From NCBI GenBank assembly GCA_905478325.1, contig CAJQIB010000010.1, forward strand, positions 3,773 through 67,772: a stretch of 64,000 bases of DNA, given 5' to 3'. The position numbers were made by a program, and so were the translations under genes. Shown here piece by piece: positions 9,774-21,307 of the stretch; the first letter of the stretch is position 1; each line of letters starts with the position of its first letter. The notes under the pieces were generated by a model that did not search any database, was not told the origin of the DNA, and saw only the letters and a program-made list of their open reading frames with translations. The DNA comes from an uncultured Flavobacteriales bacterium (GTDB lineage Bacteria > Bacteroidota > Bacteroidia > Flavobacteriales_D > Sanyastnellaceae).

Positions 9774-10655
9774 CTAGAATAGATGCTTTTCAGCGTGGTA
9801 GCTGGACCGAACCAAAGGGCCACTTTCGACAAAACGAAATCCCTTTTCAAGACCCACCTCCTTCAGGTGTGCAAACACATCTGGATGAATAAATTCAGAC
9901 ACAGGCAAGTGTTTCGGAGTCGGCTGCAAATATTGCCCCAACGTCAGAACCTGACAGTCTACACTACGGAGATCATCCATGGCCTCGATCACCTCCTCTA
10001 CTGTTTCTCCGAGGCCCAGCATGATACCCGATTTCGTTTTCATGCCCGCTTGACGCAATCGTCTTAAAACCTCAAGGCTTCGGTCATACTTGGCTTGGAT
10101 GCGAACATGCTTCGTTAAACGCCGAACCGTTTCGAGGTTGTGAGAGACAATTTCTGGAGCCACTTCGATGACACGTTCCAGATTTTCCCATTTCCCTGCA
10201 AAATCAGGAATCAGTGTTTCCAGCGTGGTTGTAGGACTCTGGTGCCGAATTGCCCGCACTGTTTGCGCCCATATTTCACTACCACCATCGGGCATATCAT
10301 CCCGATCGACTGACGTGATGACCGCGTGTTTGACGCCCATGAGTTTGACCGACTGTGCCACTCGACCCGGTTCGAAGGTATCTGCTTCCAAAGGCTTGCC
10401 TGTGGAGACATTGCAGAATCCGCAGCTCCGTGTGCAGATATTTCCCAAAATCATAAATGTAGCCGTCCCTGCACCCCAACATTCTCCCATATTGGGACAA
10501 TGTCCGCTCTCACAAATGGTGTGCAACTTATGCTCTGACACAATTTCGCGCACTTTTTTGTACGGCTCACCCGTAGGCAACTTTACCCGCAGCCACTTGG
10601 GCTTAGGAACACGGCCTTTCAAAGCGTTTTCAGAAGAGGATGAAGTAGCAGTCAT
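9774..10655 (-). CDS. lipA: Lipoyl synthase
   Basis: [32 protein letters not shown]. Confidence 0.97.
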   Translation of the reverse strand: MTATSSSSENALKGRVPKPKWLRVKLPTGEPYKKVREIVSEHKLHTICESGHCPNMGECWGAGTATFMILGNICTRSCGFCNVSTGKPLEADTFEPGRVAQSVKLMGVKHAVITSVDRDDMPDGGSEIWAQTVRAIRHQSPTTTLETLIPDFAGKWENLERVIEVAPEIVSHNLETVRRLTKHVRIQAKYDRSLEVLRRLRQAGMKTKSGIMLGLGETVEEVIEAMDDLRSVDCQVLTLGQYLQPTPKHLPVSEFIHPDVFAHLKEVGLEKGFRFVESGPLVRSSYHAEKHLF

Positions 10656-10657
10656 AA

Positions 10658-11464
10658 TCAGCGGGTCCAATTGCTTCCCAGTTCAAAGGTCGCAAACAAA
10701 GTGACAAATGTTCGGCTATTCTGTTCAAAAGAAGAAGCAAATATTTCGGGATCAAAAAGAAAGGCATCGACGGCCACTCCCGCAGTCAAAGTCCGTTGCA
10801 CATGGCGTTCAGTTCCATACTCAAAATCCAAGGCATAGCTCACATGAAATCCTGGGACCACCGACAATTCATCCAATCCATACATCCACTGTGATTGACC
10901 AAATATGTTGCTCGAAAAATGAATGGAAGGGTCGTATCGCTCAGTCGCGATATAATCATAGGGGATATCGGGGTAACCGATTTCCATGTAAACAGGCTTC
11001 AGCAAACCCAAAGTCATACCATAACGCCACAAACTGCTCACTCGAACAGCATCTTTGCGAAGCTTTTCGCTGTGCAATTTCTGCCCCCCTCTCCAAACAC
11101 GAAAGAGGTACATTGAATTCACCTTTCCAAACACATAGGCTCGACCATCCTCATATACGGGGTTGGTTATTTTCTCTTCCTTCGGATGCTTAAAAAGCAA
11201 CAAATCTGATCCCCACCAGCGAATCTTAGATGCATTCTGATAGAAGCCACGACGCAGCGTCAACCCTCCACCTTGAGTGAACAGCATCAGCCCGTATTGT
11301 ATCTCATCTGTAAGTGGAACGACCGCTGCTCCGTCCGCTCCATAGACAGCGGCGTCTCCTGTAGCAACTGGAGCCACATCTTCTTGAGACCAAATTTGAG
11401 CAACCCAAACACAACTCACCCAGGTAAGGCAGATCGAAAGCGTTAGGTTAATAAAAATGCGCAT
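10658..11464 (-). CDS. Exported hypothetical protein, probable outer membrane protein
   Basis: Signal peptide, KHPKE and FGKVNS blocks, beta-rich C-terminus; abuts lipA; TAACTTTG box upstream. Confidence 0.7.
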   Translation of the reverse strand: MRIFINLTLSICLTWVSCVWVAQIWSQEDVAPVATGDAAVYGADGAAVVPLTDEIQYGLMLFTQGGGLTLRRGFYQNASKIRWWGSDLLLFKHPKEEKITNPVYEDGRAYVFGKVNSMYLFRVWRGGQKLHSEKLRKDAVRVSSLWRYGMTLGLLKPVYMEIGYPDIPYDYIATERYDPSIHFSSNIFGQSQWMYGLDELSVVPGFHVSYALDFEYGTERHVQRTLTAGVAVDAFLFDPEIFASSFEQNSRTFVTLFATFELGSNWTR

Positions 11465-11539
11465 ACGCGTGCAAAGTTAGTTCGGAAGAAGCTCGAAGCA
11501 TTGCACCTTTGCAACTCTTCACTTCAATCACTCTTTGCG

Positions 11540-11983
11540 ATGGACCAAACGACTCCACAGTATCGGCTCACCTATCACGAACCTCTTCGAACAAACATGA
11601 CGCATCTTGCATCTGGTCAAGATGTGATCACGGATGCTCCAATTGACAACCAAGGTCTCGGACAAGCATTCTCCCCTACCGACCTCGTTTCAGCCGCACT
11701 CGCGAGCTGCATCATGACCATTATGGGCATCAAAGCCAAAGACATGGGGCACCAGATTGAGAGCATGACTGCCGCAGTCACAAAGACCATGGCGTCAAAC
11801 CCTAGAAGAATTGATTGCATCGACATCTCCCTGGAAATATCGATCCCGGGAGTCACAGAGAAGCAGCGAGAAATTTTAGAACGCACCACCCGTGCATGTC
11901 CGGTCGCCCGGTCACTGCACGGTGACGTCACCAAAAACGTATCGTTTGATTGGAGTTATTCGCAGACCTCCACTTCTGAATAA
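11540..11983 (+). CDS. OsmC family protein
   Basis: TDAPIDNQG, FSPTDL..ALASC, CPVARSLH. Confidence 0.9.
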   Translation: MDQTTPQYRLTYHEPLRTNMTHLASGQDVITDAPIDNQGLGQAFSPTDLVSAALASCIMTIMGIKAKDMGHQIESMTAAVTKTMASNPRRIDCIDISLEISIPGVTEKQREILERTTRACPVARSLHGDVTKNVSFDWSYSQTSTSE

Positions 11984-12072
11984 GCAGCACAAGCCTGATA
12001 GCTAGTCGCACACGACGCAAACAACGCCGCTGCTAAGCAAAGTCCCAAAGTCCATTGTAAAAACCGTGACAT
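11956..12072 (-). CDS. Small putative lipoprotein, 38 aa (not in ORF track)
   Basis: Hand translation MSRFLQWTLGLCLAAALFASCATSYQACAAYSEVEVCE*: basic N-terminus, hydrophobic core, lipobox LFAS-C. Confidence 0.65.
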   Translation of the reverse strand: MSRFLQWTLGLCLAAALFASCATSYQACAAYSEVEVCE

Positions 12073-12150
12073 GATGCGGTTATTTAAAGATTAGTATTTC
12101 ACAAACGAAATATCCTTTCCCAAGGTTACGTTTCGATGTACCTTCCTCAC

Positions 12151-13524
12151 ATGGCGAATCCACAACTTATCACCATTCTATTCTTTATAGTGACCTTCAT
12201 GTGCGCCGCGATCCTGGTCGTACTCTGGGTTTCAGCGCGGCGTAACAAACCCACCAACAGAGAATCAGAGGGTATTGATTTAGAAGCTTTTACACGTCTG
12301 CGTGTTGAACGCGATGAACGCACCGAAACGTGTGAACGACTGCGCAATGAGTTGGAAGCTTCCCGAACAGCCTTGCAAAAAACCATTGAAGAGAAGGGGA
12401 AAGCTGAACAAAAGGCCTCCGATTTGGAATCCGGCCAAGCAGAACGCGAAGTCCGCATGCGGAAAGAGTTTGACCTACTCGCACGCAACATCATGGAAGA
12501 AAATGCCGACCGCCATCAAAAAGAATTGGCCAATAACGGTAAAAAAACATTGGAGGATGTTCTCAATCCCATGAAAGAGCGCTTTTCTGAACTGCAAAAG
12601 CAGATGAAGGAATTTTATGGCAGTGAGCGCGAGCAACTCGGACAATTGGACAAGGAATTGGAGAAGCTCTTCAAGTTGAACCAATCCTTGCAAACCGATG
12701 CTCAAAATTTAACGTCAGCACTGAAAGGAGATAGCAAAGTGCAGGGAGACTGGGGAGAATATCAATTGGAACGAATTCTCGAACAAGTAGGACTGAATGA
12801 AGGAACGCATTTTTCAAAACAGTCAACGGTCAAGAACGAAGATGGTAGATCGCTCCGACCTGACTTCTTAATTCACCTTCCAGACGAGAAGGTCCTGGTG
12901 ATTGACAGCAAAGTGAGCCTTACAGCGTACGAGCGTTTGACCCATGCGGAGAGCGATGAAGAACAGAAGCTTCAAACCAAACTACACGTTCAAAGCATTC
13001 AAAAGCACATCCGAGAATTGGGAGCAAAAAACTATGCTCAACTTTACGGCAAGAGCACGGATTATGCATTGATGTTTGTCCCGGTCGAAGCCGCATGGAT
13101 GGCACTCGGTAAAGCCCTTCCTGAACTTCAAGAAGAAGGCCTCCGTAAAAACGTCTTGGTGGTATCAACGAGCACCTTGATTGCAACGCTCCGTACCATC
13201 AGCTATGTATGGCAGCAAGAAGAGCAAAAGGCCAATATCCAACGCATAGCAGAACGAGGAGGCAAGCTATACGATCAGCTCAATCGTTTCGTTGGGTCCC
13301 TGCTGGATGTCGGCAAGAAACTCGGCCAGGCCAACGCCAGTTATGACGAAGCCTTGAAACGATTGAAAACGGGAAAAGGCAGCGCCATTCGACAAGCAGA
13401 AATGATGCGCGAATTGGGAGTCCCCGTGAAAACGACCATGCCGGAGGAATTACTTGATCATTCCGACACGTGGGGAACTGCAGCGGAGATTTCACCCTCG
13501 GACGAAGCAGAAGCGAAAGCATGA
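12151..13524 (+). CDS. rmuC: DNA recombination protein RmuC
   Basis: N-terminal TM, coiled coil, LKGDSKVQGDWGE, RPD...IDSKVSL, MFVPVE; start placed at ATG 12151. Confidence 0.93.
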   Translation: MANPQLITILFFIVTFMCAAILVVLWVSARRNKPTNRESEGIDLEAFTRLRVERDERTETCERLRNELEASRTALQKTIEEKGKAEQKASDLESGQAEREVRMRKEFDLLARNIMEENADRHQKELANNGKKTLEDVLNPMKERFSELQKQMKEFYGSEREQLGQLDKELEKLFKLNQSLQTDAQNLTSALKGDSKVQGDWGEYQLERILEQVGLNEGTHFSKQSTVKNEDGRSLRPDFLIHLPDEKVLVIDSKVSLTAYERLTHAESDEEQKLQTKLHVQSIQKHIRELGAKNYAQLYGKSTDYALMFVPVEAAWMALGKALPELQEEGLRKNVLVVSTSTLIATLRTISYVWQQEEQKANIQRIAERGGKLYDQLNRFVGSLLDVGKKLGQANASYDEALKRLKTGKGSAIRQAEMMRELGVPVKTTMPEELLDHSDTWGTAAEISPSDEAEAKA

Positions 13525-14768
13525 TCCGGAGAAGTCCCTACAATTGGATTCCGATGGCGTTTGGTTTTTCCATCTTGATGGCTTCATCGGGCTGTATAAC
13601 CACCACGCAGACACTTTCAGCCAATACCAATCGTCCTTACGATTACGAATCAAGCTTGCTGCATCCGCGAGCGGTGATCGTACCGTTTGATCAAGATTCT
13701 GCCGATGTCTACCTCGAAGTCAGACGATCCGAATGTCTTTATTTGCGAGAATCTCCGCAATCACCATTCGTCTCAGCGCTTGTTTGGCAGCTCGGAAACG
13801 CCTCCTTCCAGTGGAATGACACGTTGGTTTCGTTTGCCCCTGAATGGGACCGCCGGTCAGTGCGCCTCGCATGGGACGATCTGTTTCTCGAAAACGAATC
13901 GACGAACCAAATCAAAACAGTACTCCAGGATATCCTGAGAAAAACAAGTGCCACATGGAATGTCTCCGTGTCGGACCCTCAAAGCAATCGTGCTGCATTC
14001 AACACCGATCGGTGGCCTTATAGTGGTCAGCATGCCGTTGTTGGTGATACCGTGTTATTTCAAGCCCCAGCAGGTTCCCTGTGGCGCCATGCCAGTATTC
14101 CAGTGCCCGAATCGATGCCCGCTCCGCCGTTCTCTTTTGTCAAGGACCGTTCAGACACACTTCAACCCATTCTGCGTTCATCGGTTCTAGCCAACGAACA
14201 GGGTTGGGCTTCCTATGTCGTGGATGAAGGCATCAATGTAATCCTCGACGCCGTTGACACCCGAAACATCGTGCAGCGCACGCACGGCACAAAACTGCCT
14301 TACGACCAAGTCCGGGATCTGCGCTTGATGATCCAATCAAGTCGCTACATCACGGCACGCTCTGAATTTGAGCAAATGAAAGGAAGTGCCGATCCCAAGG
14401 CGGCCCTGGATGCCTTCTGGCTAAACTGTGCCAATGAAAAAGATCTAGGCTCCCAGCTGATTGCCACCTATTATGGACGTGTCGAGGAAGCCAATCGGTT
14501 TTTTAGCGGAGTATTGCCTGGATGGAGAACGGACCGAGGAATGGTCCACATTGTCTTCGGCATTCCACAGAAAATCCGAAAATCCAGGGACAGCGAATGG
14601 TGGATTTATGGTGAAGAGGGATCGATTAACGCTGTGACTTTTCGATTTCTTAGAAAGGACCACCCATGGGACAACAACTTTTATACACTTGGCCGAAACA
14701 TCCAATACCGCATGCCTTGGGACCGAATGGTGACCAATTGGCGCAACGGGCGCATTTCGCCTGACTGA
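13521..14768 (+). CDS. GWxTD domain-containing lipoprotein
   Basis: YYGRVEEANRFF...GWRTDRGMVHIVFG; lipobox ASSGC; ATGA overlap with rmuC. Confidence 0.88.
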   Translation: MIRRSPYNWIPMAFGFSILMASSGCITTTQTLSANTNRPYDYESSLLHPRAVIVPFDQDSADVYLEVRRSECLYLRESPQSPFVSALVWQLGNASFQWNDTLVSFAPEWDRRSVRLAWDDLFLENESTNQIKTVLQDILRKTSATWNVSVSDPQSNRAAFNTDRWPYSGQHAVVGDTVLFQAPAGSLWRHASIPVPESMPAPPFSFVKDRSDTLQPILRSSVLANEQGWASYVVDEGINVILDAVDTRNIVQRTHGTKLPYDQVRDLRLMIQSSRYITARSEFEQMKGSADPKAALDAFWLNCANEKDLGSQLIATYYGRVEEANRFFSGVLPGWRTDRGMVHIVFGIPQKIRKSRDSEWWIYGEEGSINAVTFRFLRKDHPWDNNFYTLGRNIQYRMPWDRMVTNWRNGRISPD

Positions 14769-14842
14769 TGTTGCTTATTCAAGGGGTACCTTTGACTCGC
14801 AATTGTGTGATTTTCATTGTGTGAATTCCTTAGAACGGCCCC

Positions 14843-15751
14843 ATGTCAAACGATTTTCCTTCCGGCCCCTCTGACTCAAGAGACAGACCTTCCTTTTCTT
14901 CTGCCGATGGCGGACGTCCTCATGAGAAGCGGCATGGAGAATACCGCAGTCCCGCGAAGCCACGCGGCAATGACGGCCACTCGTTTCGAAAGCGAGCGCC
15001 CGAATCAGCATCACTGATCATTGGATGGCACCCTGTACTCGAAGCTTTGGATGCCGGCAAAGAGCTGCAACGCGTCCTGATTCAAAGGGATGAAAAAAGC
15101 GAGCGCACAGGAGCCTTGCTCCAACAATTGCGGGATTTGGACATTCCTGTACAGCGGGTTCCCCGAGAAAAACTCGATCGGATTACCCAAAAGAACCACC
15201 AAGGATTGGTCGCTTTTCTATCACCCATTGTATTTCAGCCATTGGAGGAACTGATTTCCCGGGCTTATGAAGCCGGTGAATCTCCACTCTTCGTTGCAGT
15301 TGACGGTGTAACGGATGTGCGGAATTTAGGAGCAATCGCGCGAAGTGCGGAATGTTTTGGCGCAACCGCATTGATCATACCTGCTGCTGGAGTCGCTCCG
15401 ATTCAAGAAGATGCGATCAAATCCTCTTCAGGAGCATTGCTGCGATTGCCCGTTTCGAGGGCGGCTCACCTCCCAACCGCATTGCAAACACTGATGGCCA
15501 ATGGCATCCGTTTGGTCGCTCTCTCGGAGAAGGCTGCAGAGCCGATTCATGAGGCTGAATTGCCCCTTCCAATGTGTTTGGTATTGGGAGATGAGGAGCA
15601 GGGGATTTCATCCGAAGTCTTCCACAAGTGCGAGATGCAGGTCCAATTGCCCATGGTAGGAAAGACTGGAAGCTTGAATGTTTCGGTTGCCGCAGGCATC
15701 GCTTTATCCCATATTGCCTTGTGGAAACTCCGTCAAGAGGCCGGTAACTAG
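14843..15751 (+). CDS. rlmB: 23S rRNA (Gm2251)-methyltransferase, TrmH family
   Basis: NHQG, DGVTDVRNLGAIARSA, SLNVSVAAG. Confidence 0.92.
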   Translation: MSNDFPSGPSDSRDRPSFSSADGGRPHEKRHGEYRSPAKPRGNDGHSFRKRAPESASLIIGWHPVLEALDAGKELQRVLIQRDEKSERTGALLQQLRDLDIPVQRVPREKLDRITQKNHQGLVAFLSPIVFQPLEELISRAYEAGESPLFVAVDGVTDVRNLGAIARSAECFGATALIIPAAGVAPIQEDAIKSSSGALLRLPVSRAAHLPTALQTLMANGIRLVALSEKAAEPIHEAELPLPMCLVLGDEEQGISSEVFHKCEMQVQLPMVGKTGSLNVSVAAGIALSHIALWKLRQEAGN

Positions 15752-15811
15752 TCTCTTCAAAGCGCATAATATTGTTGGAGGTGGAAATGTCTTCACCCAT
15801 TCACAGTTGAT

Positions 15812-17902
15812 TTGGCTTTGAAAAATCCAATCTCCCCTCCTAGCGCCTCGACCGCTGCAGCTACGCGCTCTTTGCTCTCCTTTGCCTTGATTGGTATGGG
15901 AATTCTCATTTTGCTACCGTCGTGCAATTCTCGCCACTACTGGAAAGCGATGAAGGCGTACGATGACGCGCGGTATCAAGATGCCACAAAATCGTTGCAA
16001 CAAGCCGTTATCCAATGGCCCAATGATTCCATGGCTTGGAGAATGCTGGGACAAACGCAGCTTTTTACGGCCGATTTTGAAGGAGCCGAAAAAACATTTG
16101 AGGAGCTAGATCATCGCGCAATGGTCTCGAAACAAGACCGATTGGATTGGGCAACAGCTCTGATGAATCAAGGGAAATATGGCGCATCAGCCACCATCCT
16201 TGAACCCCTGATGGTAGCGACCCAACCGGATGTCTATGCATCGGTTTTATGGGAGAAATGTGAAGAACAGCTGTTCATCGAAAGTGACCATCGTTTCTGG
16301 GGGGTGCAGTCATTTGACATCCCGGAAATCCCTGTCGCTTCTTCGCCTCGAATCAGCGAAGGCCGGGTTTATTTCTCAAGTGAACCCTACCAGTGGGGTG
16401 AAGCCGCACCACTGGCACGTATGGATCAGCAGGAGATGTACGTATTGGATTTAGCCGCACGGGACCGTCGCGTGATGCGCACTTCCCAATATTCGTCTTG
16501 GGATGTCCCCAAACACGATGGTCTTGTCAGCCTTTCTCCTGACGGCAGAGCAATCGCTTTCTCTCGCAAATCAAAAGATGGCTTGGCATGGTTCGGTGAC
16601 CCCATGACCGGAGGCTACCAGCTGCTCGTTGCGCAGCGAACGGCTACAGGTGACTGGACCAATCCAACCCCGTTTCCTTTTGTCGAAAAAGGATACACCT
16701 TTGTTCATCCAACATGGTCTCCAGACGGGAGTCGCTTGTATTTCGCCACAGACCTCCCCTCTCCAGAGTCACAAGGAGGAATCGACTTGTGGTATTCCGA
16801 TCGAAACGGCACCTTTTGGGAAGAACCGATCAATTTGGGGCCGACAGTCAACACGACGGGAGATGAAGTTTTCCCTTCATTTGACGCAGAGGGGAAACTC
16901 TACTTTTCGTCCAACGGACATCCAAGCCTTGGAGGACTCGACATCTATTCCACGGAACGCATTCCGACCAACTCCGAATCGCAAAGAAATTGGCGCGACG
17001 GGGATGAGTGGACTGCCCCGCAGCGCATGCCATTTCCTGTGAACACGCTATCTGATGACCATTCATTTGCTCTCGCTCCCGATGGACAAACTGGTTTCAT
17101 TAGCTCTGATCGCTCGGGCATTGACAAAATCTATCAAATCAAATTGCTGGAGAATTGGAAGACCTATGAATTCACCACCCTCTCTTCGAAATCGAATCAC
17201 ATTGTTCCGCGTGTTCCAATGGTGCTCATCGATGAACAAAATGCTTCGGCCATCCAATTTACCAGCGACCTCAACGGCTTGGCTTCTATAGCGCTCCCGC
17301 CTCATCGCAATTACCGATTGGAGATGAAGATACCGGGGTACATCGTACAACACCGAGACATTGCTGTGGATGACCTCCAGGGTCAAACCACCTTGGAACT
17401 GACACCGGTAACTGCTTTGAGAGATTACAATTTTATTGAATCCATGGCAGGTGGACAGCCCTTTGAATTGGCCTTGCAACATGGACCGATGGCTACAAAG
17501 CTCAACAACCGGGAGCGCGATGAGCTGCTCATTTTGGTTGATTTCCTTCGCATGAATCCACAGATGCTTCTCGAAATTCGAACGCACGAAGATGCCGCAT
17601 CGTATCAAGATGATCTGGACAATAAAACAGGGCGCGTCACAAAATCACGGGCCATTGAACTCGAGTCCTATTTGCTCAAGCGGGGTGTTTCGTCGAAACA
17701 ACTTATCGCCATCGGCAAGGGAACGAACGAATTGCGGAACACCTGTGAACCCGGAACGCCGTGTTCGAACATTTGCCATGCTGAAAACCGGAGGACAGAA
17801 TTTAGAATCTACGGATTGCTGCAGCGAATGCCAGGCCAAATTGACCCCATTCCATTCACCAGAACTCAGGATAACACCACGCCAGCGCAACGATTGGATT
17901 AG
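15812..17902 (+). CDS. TPR + PD40/WD40 + OmpA-like lipoprotein (PorE-like architecture)
   Basis: Lipobox LLPSC, TPR helices, HPTWSPDG, GGIDLW, NLGPTVNTTGDEVFP, GGLDIY, C-terminal ENRRTEF. Confidence 0.82.
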   Translation: MALKNPISPPSASTAAATRSLLSFALIGMGILILLPSCNSRHYWKAMKAYDDARYQDATKSLQQAVIQWPNDSMAWRMLGQTQLFTADFEGAEKTFEELDHRAMVSKQDRLDWATALMNQGKYGASATILEPLMVATQPDVYASVLWEKCEEQLFIESDHRFWGVQSFDIPEIPVASSPRISEGRVYFSSEPYQWGEAAPLARMDQQEMYVLDLAARDRRVMRTSQYSSWDVPKHDGLVSLSPDGRAIAFSRKSKDGLAWFGDPMTGGYQLLVAQRTATGDWTNPTPFPFVEKGYTFVHPTWSPDGSRLYFATDLPSPESQGGIDLWYSDRNGTFWEEPINLGPTVNTTGDEVFPSFDAEGKLYFSSNGHPSLGGLDIYSTERIPTNSESQRNWRDGDEWTAPQRMPFPVNTLSDDHSFALAPDGQTGFISSDRSGIDKIYQIKLLENWKTYEFTTLSSKSNHIVPRVPMVLIDEQNASAIQFTSDLNGLASIALPPHRNYRLEMKIPGYIVQHRDIAVDDLQGQTTLELTPVTALRDYNFIESMAGGQPFELALQHGPMATKLNNRERDELLILVDFLRMNPQMLLEIRTHEDAASYQDDLDNKTGRVTKSRAIELESYLLKRGVSSKQLIAIGKGTNELRNTCEPGTPCSNICHAENRRTEFRIYGLLQRMPGQIDPIPFTRTQDNTTPAQRLD

Positions 17903-17939
17903 AGGCTACCTCCTGCCTTTTCATAAAACAACATCCAAC

Positions 17940-17973
17940 AAAAAAGCCCGAGCCATTGGCCCGGGCTTTTTTT
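17940..17973. terminator. Bidirectional intrinsic terminator
   Basis: AAAAAAGCCCGAGCC-ATT-GGCCCGGGCTTTTTTT between convergent genes. Confidence 0.88.
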
Positions 17974-17988
17974 ATACCTCCAATTCAA

Positions 17989-19275
<1,287 letters not shown>

Positions 19276-19380
19276 TCAAGTAGTTGACGTTGCCTCGGGG
19301 GAAATCCCTGTGGCACCTCGGCTCATTTCCGAAGCAGCGCTTTCTAGCGGAAGCCTTAAAAGCGGTGCGAAGTTAAGGCA

Positions 19381-20511
19381 TCAATCGAGCACCACAACCC
19401 GTTTCATATTCTCGACGAACTGATCGAATAGATAGCGGCTATCGTGAGGCCCGGCTGATGCTTCAGGGTGATACTGAACAGAAAAAACAGGACGCCCCTT
19501 CAAGGCGATGCCAGCAACGGTATCGTCATTCAAATGAATGTGAGTCACTTCGACATCTGGAGCGGCCTGCAACGAATCTCGATCAACTACAAAACCGTGA
19601 TTTTGAGATGTAATTTCAGCCTTGCCCGTTAGCAAATTCTTTACGGGATGGTTCACTCCACGGTGACCGTTGAACATCTTGACGGTTCGGAGCCCTTGGC
19701 TCAGCGCTAATACCTGATGGCCTAAGCAAATTCCAAATATCGGTTTGTCCGAATCCACCAAGGCTTTCACCGTTTCGACTGTTTCCAACATTGCTCCCGG
19801 GTCTCCTGGGCCATTGGACAGCATGATCCCATCGGGAGACCAAGCCAGCATCTCCTCTGCACTTGTATGCATTGGGAACACACGTACAGTGCAACCTCGA
19901 TCAGTCAGACATTGAACAATGCTACGTTTGACACCAAGGTCAAGCAATGCTACACGTGAGTTTGAAACGGTTCCAACGGCGGGAACTGCATCATACTCGG
20001 CTGCTGTAGTTACCTCACTGCTCAATTCCAACCCCTCCATTGAAGGGACGGCTTCAAGCCTCCTCATGAGTTCGGACTCATCGGTTCCATCGCTGCAAAT
20101 GATGGCGTTCATTGCACCACTTTGACGAATGTGACGCACAAGTGCTCGTGTATCCAAATCACAGATACCCACCACTGCATCACGCTCTAAGAAATCCTGC
20201 AACGTTCCACTCGCTCCCGCTCTACTGGCGATTGATGAGTAGTTCTTTGTAACAAGACCGGCTATTTGGACTTTCTTGGATTCTACCTCCTCCTCATGCA
20301 CCCCATAATTGCCTATGTGCGCAGTCGCCATAACAAGAATTTGCCGGTGATAGCTCGGATCTGTGAAAATCTCTTGGTACCCATACATTCCTGTATTGAA
20401 AGCAATCTCACCTGTAGTAATGCCCAATGCCCCCGCAGAGTGGCCTTCAAATCGCTTACCATCTGCCAGTAACAGAACTGCTGGCACTTTCGAATCACGC
20501 GTTTTACCCAT
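19381..20511 (-). CDS. carA: Carbamoyl-phosphate synthase small subunit
   Basis: FNTGMYGYQE, SNGPGDP, GICLGHQ, QYHPEA; start placed at ATG 20511. Confidence 0.97.
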   Translation of the reverse strand: MGKTRDSKVPAVLLLADGKRFEGHSAGALGITTGEIAFNTGMYGYQEIFTDPSYHRQILVMATAHIGNYGVHEEEVESKKVQIAGLVTKNYSSIASRAGASGTLQDFLERDAVVGICDLDTRALVRHIRQSGAMNAIICSDGTDESELMRRLEAVPSMEGLELSSEVTTAAEYDAVPAVGTVSNSRVALLDLGVKRSIVQCLTDRGCTVRVFPMHTSAEEMLAWSPDGIMLSNGPGDPGAMLETVETVKALVDSDKPIFGICLGHQVLALSQGLRTVKMFNGHRGVNHPVKNLLTGKAEITSQNHGFVVDRDSLQAAPDVEVTHIHLNDDTVAGIALKGRPVFSVQYHPEASAGPHDSRYLFDQFVENMKRVVVLD

Positions 20512-20604
20512 GGCGCAAAGATAACAGTGCGTTTGAATTCTATCGCCTCTTTGAGGAAGCACTTATCCGCAAAAAAAGCGGAGCGATGTCAAAAAAGTCG
20601 ACAT

Positions 20605-20637
20605 AAAAAAAACGGACAGCTTTTGGCTGTCCGTTTT
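20605..20637 (-). terminator. Intrinsic terminator of the ribosomal protein cluster
   Basis: Minus strand AAAACGGACAGC-CAAAA-GCTGTCCGTTTTTTTT just after rplQ. Confidence 0.88.
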
Positions 20638-20655
20638 CAATTCTAGTAAAAGAAC

Positions 20656-21303
20656 TCAGTCTTTCTTTTCTTCGTCTGAAGGAGTCTCCGTTGCATCATC
20701 CGCTGGAGTTTCCTCTGCGGCTGCGGCTGGGGCTTCTTCTGCAGCTGGAGTTTCCTCTGCTGCGGCTACTGGAGCTTCTTCTGCTACAGGTGTTTCCTCT
20801 GCGGCGGCTGGAGCTTCCTCTGCAGCGGCGGCTGGAGCTTCTTCTGCTACTTCTGTCACTGCTTCTACGACAGGAGCTGAGGCTGTGCCCGCTCCACGAC
20901 GAGAACGACGAGAACGCTTTTTCTTAGGCTCAGTTCCGTATACGTCATTGAAATCGACAAGCTCCATCATACACATCTCTGCATTGTCTCCCAATCGGTT
21001 GCCTGTTCGGATGATCCGCGTATAGCCCCCCTCTCGAGTGGCTACTTTCGGTCCTACAGAACGAAACAACTCGGTTACCGCATACTTGCTACCAAGTACA
21101 CTAAACGCAATACGTCGACTGTGTGTCGTGTCTGCTTTAGACCGTGTGACCAATGGCTCTACAACACTCCGCAAAGCTTTCGCTTTGGCAACAGTTGTTG
21201 TGATGCGCTTGTGCTCAATCAACGAGCACGCCATGTTGGATAACATGGCCCGACGGTGAGCGGTCTTACGACCTAGGTGGTTAAAGTTCTTATTGTGACG
21301 CAT
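20656..21303 (-). CDS. rplQ: 50S ribosomal protein L17 with long acidic tail
   Basis: [26 protein letters not shown]. Confidence 0.98.
   Translation of the reverse strand: MRHNKNFNHLGRKTAHRRAMLSNMACSLIEHKRITTTVAKAKALRSVVEPLVTRSKADTTHSRRIAFSVLGSKYAVTELFRSVGPKVATREGGYTRIIRTGNRLGDNAEMCMMELVDFNDVYGTEPKKKRSRRSRRGAGTASAPVVEAVTEVAEEAPAAAAEEAPAAAEETPVAEEAPVAAAEETPAAEEAPAAAAEETPADDATETPSDEEKKD
20700..20850 (-). repeat. Imperfect coding repeats (EE[A/T]P[A/V]A) in the L17 tail
   Basis: Recurrent GGAGyTTCyTCTGC-like units encoding [15 protein letters not shown]. Confidence 0.8.
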
Positions 21304-21307
21304 GGCT

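Noticed and set aside
20700..20850. Repeated units as a possible CRISPR array
   Set aside because: In-frame, degenerate coding repeats with no unique spacers and no cas genes
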